Below are positions 1-15,000 of a DNA stretch of 64,000 bases, piece by piece. Every line of letters begins with the position of its first letter. Position 1 is the first letter of the stretch. The translations under genes and the position numbers were made by a program. The notes beneath the pieces were generated by a model. The model ran no database searches and was not told the DNA's origin. It saw only the letters and a program-made list of their open reading frames with translations. Source of the stretch: Auanema rhodensis (Eukaryota > Animalia > Nematoda); contig OZ059899.1 of assembly GCA_964057225.1 (NCBI GenBank), forward strand, positions 4,712,001 to 4,776,000. Reading direction: 5' to 3'.

Positions 1-3000
1 TGAGTTTCCATGTACACTCAACATTGCTTCCAAAAACATTTTGACAAAAATTTTTTCGAAAAATTTCATTATAATTTAGCAAAAAGTAGATGTTTTTAGA
101 TTCCTTTTTTCAAGGCAAAGACGATGGACAATGTTATTCAACGAAAAAATTAATTCTTCAGGGTGAAAATCGAGGATATAAGTGTGAACTTATATCAGTT
201 GATATCTCGGTGCATTTTTAAGCTAGCGCAAATCTGATAACACAGATCGGCGCAGCTTAAAAATCCGCATCGAATGCACTATACTACATTGAGAAACGCT
301 TAATACAAAAATAAGTTATGATCGTTTGAAAAATGATGCATTAGTGTATGTTGAGTTTCCATGTACACTCAACATTGCTTCCAAAAACATTTTGACAAAA
401 ATTTTTTCGAAAAATTTCAAAATAATTTAGCAAAAAGTAGATGTTTTTAGATTCCTTTTTTCAAGGCAAAGACGATGGACAATGTTATTCAACGAAAAAA
501 TTAATTCTTCAGGGTGAAAATCGAGGATATATGTGTGAACTTATATCAGTTGATATCTCGGTGCATTTTTAAGCTAGCGCAAATCTGATAACACAGATCG
601 ACGCAGCTTAAAAATCCGCATCGAATGCACTATACTACATTTAGAAACGCTTAATACGAAAATCAGTTATGATCGTTTGAAAAATGATGCATTAGTGTAT
701 GTTGAGTTTCCATGTACACTCAACATTGCTTCCAAAAACATTTTGACAAAAATTTTTTCGAAAAATTTCAAAATAATTTAGCAAAAAGTAGATGTTTTTA
801 GATTCCTTTTTTCAAGGCAAAGACGATGGACAATGTTATTCAACGAAAAAATTAATTCTTCAGGGTGAAAATCGAGGATATAAGTGTGAACTTATATCAG
901 TTGATATCTCGGTGCATTTTTAAGCTAGCGCAAATCTGATAACACAGATCGACGCAGCTTAAAAATCCGCATCGAATGCACTATACTACATTTAGAAACG
1001 CTTAATACGAAAATCAGTTATGATCGTTTGAAAAATGATGCATTAGTGTATGTTGAGTTTCCATGTACACTCAACATTGCTTCCAAAAACATTTTGACAA
1101 AAATTTTTTCGAAAAATTTCAAAATAATTCAGCAAAAAGTAGATGTTTTTAGATTCCTTTTTTCAAGGCAAAGACGATGGACAATGTTATTCAACGAAAA
1201 AATTGATTCTTCAGGGTGAAAATCGACGATATGTGTGTGAACTTATATCAGTTGATATCTCGGTGCATTTTTAAGCTAGCGCAAATCTGATAACACAGAT
1301 CGACGCAGCTTAAAAATCCGCATCGAATGCACTATACTACATTGAGAAACGCTTAATACAAAAATAAGTTATGATCGTTTGAAAAATGATGCATTAGTGT
1401 ATGTTGAGTTTCCATGTACACTCAACATTGCTTCCAAAAACATTTTGACAAAAATTTTTTCGAAAAATTTCATTATAATTTAGCAAAAAGTAGATGTTTT
1501 TAGATTCCTTTTTTCAAGGCAAAGACGATGGACAATGTTATTCAACGAAAAAATTAGTTCTTCAGGGTGAAAATCGAGGATATAAGTGTGAACTTATATC
1601 AGTTGATATCTCGGTGCATTTTCAAGCTAGCGCAAATCTGATAACACAGATCGACGCAGCTTAAAAATCCGCATCGAATGCACTATACTACATTGAGAAA
1701 CGCTTAATACAAAAATAAGTTATGATCGTTTGAAAAATGATGCATTAGTGTATGTTGAGTTTCCATGTACACTCAACATTGCTTCCAAAAACATTTTGAC
1801 AAAAATTTTTTCGAAAAATTTCAAAATAATTTAGCAAAAAGTAGATGTTTTTAGATTCCTTTTTTCAAGGCAAAGACGATGGACAATGTTATTCAACGAA
1901 AAAATTAATTCTTCAGGGTGAAAATCGAGGATATAAGTGTGAACTTATATCAGTTGATATCTCGGTGCATTTTTAAGCTAGCGCAAATCTGATAACACAG
2001 ATCGACGCAGCTTAAAAATCCGCATCGAATGCACTATACTACATTTAGAAACGCTTAATACAAAAATAAGTTATGATCGTTTGAAAAATGATGCATTAGT
2101 GTATGTTGAGTTTCCATGTACACTCAACATTGCTTCCAAAAACATTTTGACAAAAATTTTTTCGAAAAATTTCATTATAATTTAGCAAAAAGTAGATGTT
2201 TTTAGATTCCTTTTTTCAAGGCAAAGACGATGGACAATGTTATTCAACGAAAAAATTAATTCTTCAGGGTGAAAATCGAGGATATAAGTGTGAACTTATA
2301 TCAGTTGATATCTCGGTGCATTTTTAAGCTAGCGCAAATCTGATAACACAGATCGACGCAGCTTAAAAATCCGCATCGAATGCACTATACTACATTGAGA
2401 AACGCTTAATACAAAAATTAGTTATGATCGTTTGAAAAATGATGCATTAGTGTATGTTGAGTTTCCATGTACACTCAACATTGCTTCCAAAAACATTTTG
2501 ACAAAAATTTTTTCGAAAAATTTCAAAATAATTTAGCAAAAAGTAGATGTTTTTAGATTCCTTTTTTCAAGGCAAAGACGATGGACAATGTTATTCAACG
2601 AAAAAATTAATTCTTCAGGGTGAAAATCGAGGATATAAGTGTGAACTTATATCAGTTGATATCTCGGTGCATTTTTAAGCTAGCGCAAATCTGATAACAC
2701 AGATCGACGCAGCTTAAAAATCCGCATCGAATGCACTATACTACATTGAGAAACGCTTAATACAAAAATTAGTTATGATCGTTTGAAAAATGATGCATTA
2801 GTGTATGTTGAGTTTCCATGTACACTCAACATTGCTTCCAAAAACATTTTGACAAAAATTTTTTCGAAAAATTTCAAAATAATTTAGCAAAAAGTAGATG
2901 TTTTTAGATTCCTTTTTTCAAGGCAAAGACGATGGACAATGTTATTCAACGAAAAAATTAATTCTTCAGGGTGAAAATCGAGGATATAAGTGTGAACTTA

Positions 3001-6000
3001 TATCAGTTGATATCTCGGTGCATTTTTAAGCTAGCGCAAATCTGATAACACGGATCGACGCAGCTTAAAAATCCGCATCGAATGCACTATACTACATTGA
3101 GAAACGCTTAATACAAAAATCAGTTATGATCGTTTGAAAAATGATGCATTAGTGTATGTTGAGTTTTCATGTACACTCAACATTGCTTCCAAAAACATTT
3201 TGACAAAAATTTTTTCGAAAAATTTCAAAATAATTTAGCAAAAAGTAGATGTTTTTAGATTCCTTTTTTCAAGGCAAAGACGATGGACAATGTTATTCAA
3301 CGAAAAAATTCATTCTTCAGGGTGAAAATCGAGGATATATGTGTGAACTTATATCAGTTGATATCTCGGTGCATTTTTAAGCTAGCGCAAATCTGATAAC
3401 ACGGATCGACGCAGCTTAAAAATCCGCATCGAATGCACTATACTACATTGAGAAACGCTTAATACAAAAATCAGTTATGATCGTTTGAAAAATGATGCAT
3501 TAGTGTATGTTGAGTTTCCATGTACACTCAACATTGCTTCCAAAAACATTTTGACAAAAATTTTTTCGAAAAATTTCAAAATAATTTAGCAAAAAGTAGA
3601 TGTTTTTAGATTTATTTTTTCAAGGCAAAGACGATGGACAATGTTATTCAACGAAAAAATTAATTCTTCAGGGTGAAAATCGAGGATATAAGTGTGAACT
3701 TATATCAGTTGATATCTCGGTGCATTTTTAAGCTAGCGCAAATCTGATAACACAGATCGACGCAGCTTAAAAATCCGCATCGAATGCACTATACTACATT
3801 GAGAAACGCTTAATACAAAAATTAGTTATGATCGTTTGAAAAATGATGCATTAGTGTATGTTGAGTTTCCATGTACACTCAACATTGCTTCCAAAAACAT
3901 TTTGACAAAAATTTTTTCGAAAAATTTCAAAATAATTTAGCAAAAAGTAGATGTTTTTAGATTCCTTTTTTCAAGGCAAAGACGATGGACAATGTTATTC
4001 AACGAAAAAATTAATTCTTCAGGGTGAAAATCGAGGATATAAGTGTGAACTTATATCAGTTGATATCTCGGTGCATTTTTAAGCTAGCGCAAATCTGATA
4101 ACACAGATCGACGCAGCTTAAAAATCCGCATCGAATGCACTATACTACATTGAGAAACGCTTAATACAAAAATTAGTTATGATCGTTTGAAAAATGATGC
4201 ATTAGTGTATGTTGAGTTTCCATGTACACTCAACATTGCTTCCAAAAACATTTTGACAAAAATTTTTTCGAAAAATTTCAAAATAATTTAGCAAAAAGTA
4301 GATGTTTTTAGATTCCTTTTTTCAAGGCAAAGACGATGGACAATGTTATTCAACGAAAAAATTAATTCTTCAGGGTGAAAATCGAGGATATAAGTGTGAA
4401 CTTATATCAGTTGATATCTCGGTGCATTTTTAAGCTAGCGCAAATCTGATAACACGGATCGACGCAGCTTAAAAATCCGCATCGAATGCACTATACTACA
4501 TTGAGAAACGCTTAATACAAAAATCAGTTATGATCGTTTGAAAAATGATGCATTAGTGTATGTTGAGTTTCCATGTACACTCAACATTGCTTCCAAAAAC
4601 ATTTTGACAAAAATTTTTTCGAAAAATTTCAAAATAATTTAGCAAAAAGTAGATGTTTTTAGATTTCTTTTTTCAAGGCAAAGACGATGGACAATGTTAT
4701 TCAACGAAAAAATTAATTCTTCAGGGTGAAAATCGAGGATATAAGTGTGAACTTATATCAGTTGATATCTCGGTGCATTTTTAAGCTAGCGCAAATCTGA
4801 TAACACGGATCGACGCAGCTTAAAAATCCGCATCGAATGCACTATACTACATTGAGAAACGCTTAATACAAAAATTAGTTATGATCGTTCGAAAAATGAT
4901 GCATTAGTGTATGTTGAGTTTTCATGTACACTCAACATTGCTTCCAAAAACATTTTGACAAAAATTTTTTCGAAAAATTTCAAAATAATTTAGCAAAAAG
5001 TAGATGTTTTTAGATTCCTTTTTTCAAGGCAAAGACGATGGACAATGTTATTCAACGAAAAAATTCATTCTTCAGGGTGAAAATCGAGGATATATGTGTG
5101 AACTTATATCAGTTGATATCTCGGTGCATTTTTAAGCTAGCGCAAATCTGATAACACGGATCGACGCAGCTTAAAAATCCGCATCGAATGCACTATACTA
5201 CATTGAGAAACGCTTAATACAAAAATCAGTTATGATCGTTTGAAAAATGATGCATTAGTGTATGTTGAGTTTCCATGTACACTCAACATTGCTTCCAAAA
5301 ACATTTTGACAAAAATTTTTTCGAAAAATTTCAAAATAATTTAGCAAAAAGTAGATGTTTTTAGATTTATTTTTTCAAGGCAAAGACGATGGACAATGTT
5401 ATTCAACGAAAAAATTAATTCTTCAGGGTGAAAATCGAGGATATAAGTGTGAACTTATATCAGTTGATATCTCGGTGCATTTTTAAGCTAGCGCAAATCT
5501 GATAACACAGATCGACGCAGCTTAAAAATCCGCATCGAATGCACTATACTACATTGAGAAACGCTTAATACAAAAATTAGTTATGATCGTTTGAAAAATG
5601 ATGCATTAGTGTATGTTGAGTTTCCATGTACACTCAACATTGCTTCCAAAAACATTTTGACAAAAATTTTTTCGAAAAATTTCAAAATAATTTAGCAAAA
5701 AGTAGATGTTTTTAGATTCCTTTTTTCAAGGCAAAGACGATGGACAATGTTATTCAACGAAAAAATTAATTCTTCAGGGTGAAAATCGAGGATATAAGTG
5801 TGAACTTATATCAGTTGATATCTCGGTGCATTTTTAAGCTAGCGCAAATCTGATAACACAGATCGACGCAGCTTAAAAATCCGCATCGAATGCACTATAC
5901 TACATTGAGAAACGCTTAATACAAAAATTAGTTATGATCGTTTGAAAAATGATGCATTAGTGTATGTTGAGTTTCCATGTACACTCAACATTGCTTCCAA

Positions 6001-9000
6001 AAACATTTTGACAAAAATTTTTTCGAAAAATTTCAAAATAATTTAGCAAAAAGTAGATGTTTTTAGATTCCTTTTTTCAAGGCAAAGACGATGGACAATG
6101 TTATTCAACGAAAAAATTAATTCTTCAGGGTGAAAATCGAGGATATAAGTGTGAACTTATATCAGTTGATATCTCGGTGCATTTTTAAGCTAGCGCAAAT
6201 CTGATAACACGGATCGACGCAGCTTAAAAATCCGCATCGAATGCACTATACTACATTGAGAAACGCTTAATACAAAAATCAGTTATGATCGTTTGAAAAA
6301 TGATGCATTAGTGTATGTTGAGTTTCCATGTACACTCAACATTGCTTCCAAAAACATTTTGACAAAATTGTTTTCGGAAAATTTCAAAATAATTTAGCAA
6401 AAAGTAGATGTTTTTAGATTCCTTTTTTCAAGGCAAAGACGATGGACAATGTTATTCAACGAAAAAATTAATTCTTCAGGGTGAAAATCGAGGATATAAG
6501 TGTGAACTTATATCAGTTGATATCTCGGTGCATTTTTAAGCTAGCGCAAATCTGATAACACAGATCGACGCAGCTTAAAAATCCGCATCGAATGCACTAT
6601 ACTACATTGAGAAACGCTTAATACAAGAATCAGTTATGATCGTTTGAAAAATGATGCATTAGTGTATGTTGAGTTTCCATGTACACTCAACATTGCTTCC
6701 AAAAACATTTTGACAAAAATTTTTTCGAAAAATTTCAAAATAATTTAGCGAAAAGTAGATGTTTTTAGATTCCTTTTTTCAAGGCAAAGACGATGGACAA
6801 TGTTATTCAACGAAAAAATTGATTCTTCAGGGTGAAAATCGAGGATATAAGTGTGAACTTATATCAGTTGATATCTCGGTGCATTTTTAAGCTAGCGCAA
6901 ATCTGATAACACAGATCGACGCAGCTTAAAAATCCGCATCGAATGCTTTATACTACATTGAGAAACGCTTAATACAAAAATTAGTTATGATCGTTTGAAA
7001 AATGATGCATTAGTGTATGTTGAGTTTCCATGTACACTCAACATTGCTTCCAAAAACATTTTGACAAAAATTTTTTCGAAAAATTTCAAAATAATTTAGC
7101 AAAAAGTAGATGTTTTTAGATTTCTGTTTTTAAGGCAAAGACGATGGACAATGTTATTCAACGAAAAAATTAATTCTTCAGGGTGAAAATCGAGGATATA
7201 AGTGTGAACTTATATCAGTTGATATCTCGGTGCATTTTTAAGCTAGCGCAAATCTGATAACAGAGATCGACGCAGCTTAAAAATCCGCATCGTATGCACT
7301 ACACTACATTGAGAAACGCTTAATACAAAAATCAGTTATGATCGTTTGAAAAATGATGCATTAGTGTATGTTGAGTTTCCATGTACACTCAACATTGCTT
7401 CCAAAAACATTTTGACAAAATTGTTTTCGGAAAATTTCAAAATAATTTAGCAAAAAGTAGATGTTTTTAGATTCCTTTTTTCAAGGCAAAGACGATGGAC
7501 AATGTTATTCAACGAAAAAATTAATTCTTCAGGGTGAAAATCGAGGATATAAGTGTGAACTTATATCAGTTGATATCTCGGTGCATTTTTAAGCTAGCGC
7601 AAATCTGATAACACAGATCGACGCAGCTTAAAAATCCGCATCGAATGCACTATACTACATTGAGAAACGCTTAATACAAAAATTAGTTATGATCGTTTGA
7701 AAAATGATGCATTAGTGTATGTTGAGTTTCCATGTACACTCAACATTGCTTCCAAAAACATTTTGACAAAAATTTTTTCGAAAAATTTCAAAATAATTTA
7801 GCAAAAAGTAGATGTTTTTAGATTCCTTTTTTCAAGGCAAAGACGATGGACAATGTTATTCAACGAAAAAATTAATTCTTCAGGGTGAAAATCGAGGATA
7901 TAAGTGTGAACTTATATCAGTTGATATCTCGGTGCATTTTTAAGCTAGCGCAAATCTTATAACACAGATCGACGCAGCTAAAAAATCCGCATCGAATGCA
8001 CTATACTACATTGAGAAACGCTTAATACAAAAATAAGTTATGATCGTTTGAAAAATGATGCATTAGTGTATGTTGAGTTTCCATGTACACTCAACATTGC
8101 TTCCAAAAACATTTTGACAAAATTGTTTTCGGAAAATTTCAAAATAATTTAGCAAAAAGTAGATGTTTTTAGATTCCTTTTTTCAAGGCAAAGACGATGG
8201 ACAATGTTATTCAACAAAAAAATTAATTCTTCAGGGTGAAAATCGAGGATATAAGTGTGAACTTATATCAGTTGATATCTCGGTGCATTTTTAAGCTAGC
8301 GCAAATCTGATAACAGAGATCGACGCAGCTTAAAAATCCGCATCGAATGCACTATACTACATTGAGAAACGCTTAATACAAAAATCAGTTATGATCGTTT
8401 GAAAAATGATGCATTAGTGTATGTTGAGTTTCCATGTACACTCAACATTGCTTCCAAAAACATTTTGACAAAAATTTTTTCGAAAAATTTCAAAATAATT
8501 TAGCAAAAAGTAGATGTTTTTAGATTCCTTTTTTCAAGGCAAAGACGATGGACAATGTTATTCAACGAAAAAATTAATTCTTCAGGGTGAAAATCGAGGA
8601 TATAAGTGTGAACTTATATCAGTTGATATCTCGGTGCATTTTTAAGCTAGCGCAAATCTGATAACACGGATCGACGCAGCTTAAAAATCCGCATCGAATG
8701 CACTATACTACATTGAGAAACGCTTAATACAAAAATAAGTTATGATCGTTTGGAAAAATGATGCATTAGTGTATGTTGAGTTTCCATGTACACTCAACAT
8801 TGCTTCCAAAAACATTTTGACAAAAATTTTTTCGAAAAATTTCAAAATAATTTAGCAAAAAGTAGATGTTTTTAGATTTATTTTTTCAAGGCAAAGACGA
8901 TGGACAATGTTATTCAACGAAAAAATTGATTCTTCAGGGTGAAAATCGAGAATATAAGTGTGAACTTATATCAGTTGATATCTCGGTGAATTTTTAAGCT

Positions 9001-12000
9001 AGCGCAAATCTGATAACACAGATCGACGCAGCTTAAAAATCCGCATCGAATGCACTATACTACATTGAGAAACGCTTAATACAAAAATTAGTTATGATCG
9101 TTTGAAAAATGATGCATTAGTGTATGTTGAGTTTCCATGTACACTCAACATTGCTTCCAAAAACATTTTGACAAAAATTTTTTCGAAAAATTTCAAAATA
9201 ATTTAGCAAAAAGTAGATGTTTTTAGATTCCTTTTTTCAAGGCAAAGACGATGGACAATGTTATTCAACGAAAAAATTGATTCTTCAGGGTGAAAATCGA
9301 GGATATAAGTGTGAACTTATATCAGTTGATATCTCGGTGCATTTTTAAGCTAGCGCAAATCTGATAACACAGATCGACGCAGCTTAAAAATCCGCATCGA
9401 ATGCACTATACTACATTGAGAAACGCTTAATACAAAAATTAGTTATGATCGTTTGAAAAATGATGCATTAGTGTATGTTGAGTTTCCATGTACACTCAAC
9501 ATTGCTTCCAAAAACATTTTGACAAAAATTTTTTCGAAAAATTTCAAAATAATTTAGCAAAAAGTAGATGTTTTTAGATTCCTTTTTTCAAGGCAAAGAC
9601 GATGGACAATGTTATTCAACGAAAAAATTAATTGTTCAGGGTGAAAATCGAGGATATAAGTGTGAACTTATATCAGTTGATATCTCGGTGCATTTTTAAG
9701 CTAGCGCAAATCTGATAACACAGATCGACGCAGCTTAAAAATCTGCATCGAATGCACTATACTACATTGAGAAACGCTTAATACAAAAATTAGTTATGAT
9801 CGTTTGAAAAATGATGCATTAGTGTATGTTGAGTTTCCATGTACACTCTGTTTCCATGTATGTTGAGTTTCCATGTACACTCGTACACTCATCATTGCTC
9901 CCAAAAACATTTTGACAAAAATTTTTTCGAAAAATTTCAAAATAATTTAGCAAAAAGTAGATGTTTTTAGATTCCTTTTTTCAAGGCAAAGACGATGGAC
10001 AATGTTATTCAACGAAAAAATTGATTCTTCAGGGTGAAAATCGAGGATATAAGTGTGAACTTATATCAGTTGATATCTCGGTGCATTTTTAAGCTAGCGC
10101 AAATCTGATAACAGAGATCGACGCAGCTTAAAAATCCGCATCGAATGCACTATACTACATTGAGAAACGCTTAATACAAAAATCAGTTATGATCGTTTGA
10201 AAAATGATGCATTAGTGTATGTTGAGTTTCCATGTACACTCTGTTTCCATGTATGTTGAGTTTCCATGTACACTCGTACACTCATCATTGCTCCCAAAAA
10301 CATTTTGACAAAAATTTTTTCGAAAAATTTCAAAATAATTTAGCAAAAAGTAGATGTTTTTAGATTCCTTTTTTCAAGGCAAAGACGATGGACAATGTTA
10401 TTCAACGAAAAAATTGATTCTTCAGGGTGAAAATCGAGGATATAAGTGTGAACTTATATCAGTTGATATCTCGGTGCATTTTTAAGCTAGCGCAAATCTG
10501 ATAACAGAGATCGACGCAGCTTAAAAATCCGCATCGAATGCACTATACTACATTGAGAAACGCTTAATACAAAAATTAGTTATGATCGTTTGTAAAATGA
10601 TGCATTAGTGTATGTTGAGTTTCCATGTACACTCAACATTGCTTCCAAAAACATTTTGACAAAAATTTTTTCGAAAAATTTCAAAATAATTTAGCAAAAA
10701 GTAGATGTTTTTAGATTCCTTTTTTCAAGGCAAAGACGATGGACAATGTTATTCAACGAAAAAATTAATTCTTCAGGGTGAAAATCGAGGATATAAGTGT
10801 GAACTTATATCAGTTGATATCTCGGTGCATTTTTAAGCTAGCGCAAATCTGATAACACGGATCGACGCAGCTTAAAAATCCGCATCGAATGCACTATACT
10901 ACATTGAGAAACGCTTAATACAAAAATTAGTTATGATCGTTCGAAAAATGATGCATTAGTGTATGTTGAGTTTCCATGTACACTCAACATTGCTTCCAAA
11001 AACATTTTGACAAAAATTTTTTCGAAAAATTTCAAAATAATTTAGCAAAAAGTAGATGTTTTTAGATTCCTTTTTTCAAGGCAAAGACGATGGACAATGT
11101 TATTCAACGAAAAAATTAATTCTTCAGGGTGAAAATCGAGGATATAAGTGTGAACTTATATCAGTTGATATCTCGGTGCATTTTTAAGCTAGCGCAAATC
11201 TGATAACACAGATCGACGCAGCTTAAAAATCCGCATCGAATGCACTATACTACATTGAGAAACGCTTAATACAAAAATTAGTTATGATCGTTTGTAAAAT
11301 GATGCATTAGTGTATGTTGAGTTTCCATGTACACTCAACATTGCTTCCAAAAACATTTTGACAAAAATTTTTTCGAAAAATTTCAAAATAATTTAGCAAA
11401 AAGTAGATGTTTTTAGATTCCTTTTTTCAAGGCAAAGACGATGGACAATGTTATTCAACGAAAAAATTAATTCTTCAGGGTGAAAATCGAGGATATAAGT
11501 GTGAACTTATATCAGTTGATATCTCGGTGCATTTTTAAGCTAGCGCAAATCTGATAACACAGATCGACGCAGCTTAAAAATCCGCATCGAATGCACTATA
11601 CTACATTGAGAAACGCTTAATACAAAAATTAGTTATGATCGTTTGTAAAATGATGCATTAGTGTATGTTGAGTTTCCATGTACACTCAACATTGCTTCCA
11701 AAAACATTTTGACAAAAATTTTTTCGAAAAATTTCAAAATAATTTAGCAAAAAGTAAATGTTTTTAGATTCCGTTTTTCAAGGCAAAGACGATGGACAAT
11801 GTTATTCAACGAAAAAATTAATTCTTCAGGGTGAAAATCGAGGATATAAGTGTGAACTTATATCAGTTGATATCTCGGTGCATTTTTAAGCTAGCGCAAA
11901 TCTGATAACAGAGATCGACGCAGCTTAAAAATCCGCATCGAATGCACTATACTACATTGAGAAACGCTTAATACAAAAATTAGTTATGATCGTTTGAAAA

Positions 12001-15000
12001 ATGATGCATTAGTGTATGTTGAGTTTCCATGTACACTCAACATTGCTTCCAAAAACATTTTGACAAAAATTTTTTCGAAAAATTTCAAAATAATTTAGCA
12101 AAAAGTAGATGTTTTTAGATTCCTTTTTTCAAGGCAAAGACGATGGACAATGTTATTCAACGAAAAAATTTATTCTTCAGGGTGAAAATCGAGGATATAA
12201 GTGTGAACTTATATCAGTTGATATCTCGGTGCATTTTTAAGCTAGCGCAAATCTGATAACACAGATCGACGCAGCTTAAAAATCCGCATCGAATGCACTA
12301 TACTACATTGAGAAACGCTTAATACAAAAATCAGTTATGATCGTTTGTAAAATGATGCATTAGTGTATGTTGAGTTTCCATGTACACTCAACATTGCTTC
12401 CAAAAACATTTTGACAAAAATTTTTTCGAAAAATTTCAAAATAATTTAGCAAAAAGTAGATGTTTTTAGATTCCTTTTTTCAAGGCAAAGACGATGGACA
12501 ATGTTATTCAACGAAAAAATTAATTCTTCAGGGTGAAAATCGAGGATATAAGTGTGAACTTATATCAGTTGATATCTCGGTGCATTTTTAAGCTAGCGCA
12601 AATCTGATAACACAGATCGACGCAGCTTAAAAATCCGCATCGAATGCACTATACTACATTGAGAAACGCTTAATACAAAAATTAGTTATGATCGTTTGAA
12701 AAATGATGCATTAGTGTATGTTGAGTTTCCATGTACACTCAACATTGCTTCCAAAAACATTTTGACAAAAATTTTTTCGAAAAATTTCAAAATAATTTAG
12801 CAAAAAGTAGATGTTTTTAGATTCCTTTTTTCAAGGCAAAGACGATGGACAATGTTATTCAACGAAAAAATTGATTCTTCAGGGTGAAAATCGAGGATAT
12901 AAGTGTGAACTTATATCAGTTGATATCTCGGTGCATTTTTAAGCTAGCGCAAATCTGATAACAGAGATCGACGCAGCTTAAAAATCCGCATCGAATGCAC
13001 TATACTACATTGAGAAACGCTTAATACAAAAATTAGTTATGATCGTTTGAAAAATGATGCATTAGTGTATGTTGAGTTTCCATGTACACTCAACATTGCT
13101 TCCAAAAACATTTTGACAAAAATTTTTTCGAAAAATTTCAAAATAATTTAGCAAAAAGTAGATGTTTTTAGATTCCTTTTTTCAAGGCAAAGACGATGGA
13201 CAATGTTATTCAACGAAAAAATTAATTCTTCAGGGTGAAAATCGAGGATATAAGTGTGAACTTATATCAGTTGATATCTCGGTGCATTTTTAAGCTAGCG
13301 CAAATCTGATAACAGAGATCGACGCAGCTTAAAAATCCGCATCGAATGCACTATACTACATTGAGAAACGCTTAATACAAAAATTAGTTATGATCGTTTG
13401 AAAAATGATGCATTAGTGTATGTTGAGTTTCCATGTACACTCAACATTGCTTCCAAAAACATTTTGACAAAAATTTTTTCGAAAAATTTCAAAATAATTT
13501 AGCAAAAAGTAGATGTTTTTAGATTCCTTTTTTCAAGGCAAAGACGATGGACAATGTTATTCAACGAAAAAATTAATTCTTCAGGGTGAAAATCGAGGAT
13601 ATAAGTGTGAACTTATATCAGTTGATATCTCGGTGCATTTTTAAGCTAGCGCAAATCTGATAACACAGATCGACGCAGCTTAAAAATCCGCATCGAATGC
13701 ACTATACTACATTGAGAAACGCTTAATACAAAAATTAGTTATGATCGTTTGAAAAATGATGCATTAGTGTATGTTGAGTTTCCATGTACACTCAACATTG
13801 CTTCCAAAAACATTTTGACAAAAATTTTTTCGAAAAATTTCAAAATAATTTAGCAAAAAGTAGATGTTTTTAGATTCCTTTTTTCAAGGCAAAGACGATG
13901 GACAATGTTATTCAACGAAAAAATTAATTCTTCAGGGTGAAAATCGAGGATATAAGTGTGAACTTATATCAGTTGATATCTCGGTGCATTTTTAAGCTAG
14001 CGCAAATCTGATAACACAGATCGACGCAGCTTAAAAATCCGCATCGAATGCACTATACTACATTGAGAAACGCTTAATACAAAAATCAGTTATGATCGTT
14101 TGAAAAATGATGCATTAGTGTATGTTGAGTTTCCATGTACACTCAACATTGCTTCCAAAAACATTTTGACAAAAATTTTTTCGAAAAATTTCAAAATAAT
14201 TTAGCAAAAAGTAGATGTTTTTAGATTCCTTTTTTCAAGGCAAAGACGATGGACAATGTTATTCAACGAAAAAATTAATTCTTCAGGGTGAAAATCGAGG
14301 ATATAAGTGTGAACTTATATCAGTTGATATCTCGGTGCATTTTTAAGCTAGCGCAAATCTGATAACACAGATCGACGCAGCTTAAAAATCCGCATCGAAT
14401 GCACTATACTACATTGAGAAACGCTTAATACAAAAATCAGTTATGATCGTTTGAAAAATGATGCATTAGTGTATGTTGAGTTTCCATGTACACTCAACAT
14501 TGCTTCCAAAAACATTTTGACAAAAATTTTTTCGAAAAATTTCAAAATAATTTAGCAAAAAGTAGATGTTTTTAGATTCCTTTTTTCAAGGCAAAGACGA
14601 TGGACAATGTTATTCAACGAAAAAATTGATTCTTCAGGGTGAAAATCGAGGATATAAGTGTGAACTTATATCAGTTGATATCTCGGTGCATTTTTAAGCT
14701 AGCGCAAATCTGATAACACAGATCGACGCAGCTTAAAAATCCGCATCGAATGCACTATACTACATTGAGAAACGCTTAATACAAAAATTAGTTATGATCG
14801 TTTGAAAAATGATGCATTAGTGTATGTTGAGTTTCCATGTACACTCAACATTGCTTCCAAAAACATTTTGACAAAATTGTTTTCGGAAAATTTCAAAATA
14901 ATTTAGCAAAAAGTAGATGTTTTTAGATTCCTTTTTTCAAGGCAAAGACGATGGACAATGTTATTCAACGAAAAAATTGATTCTTCAGGGTGAAAATCGA

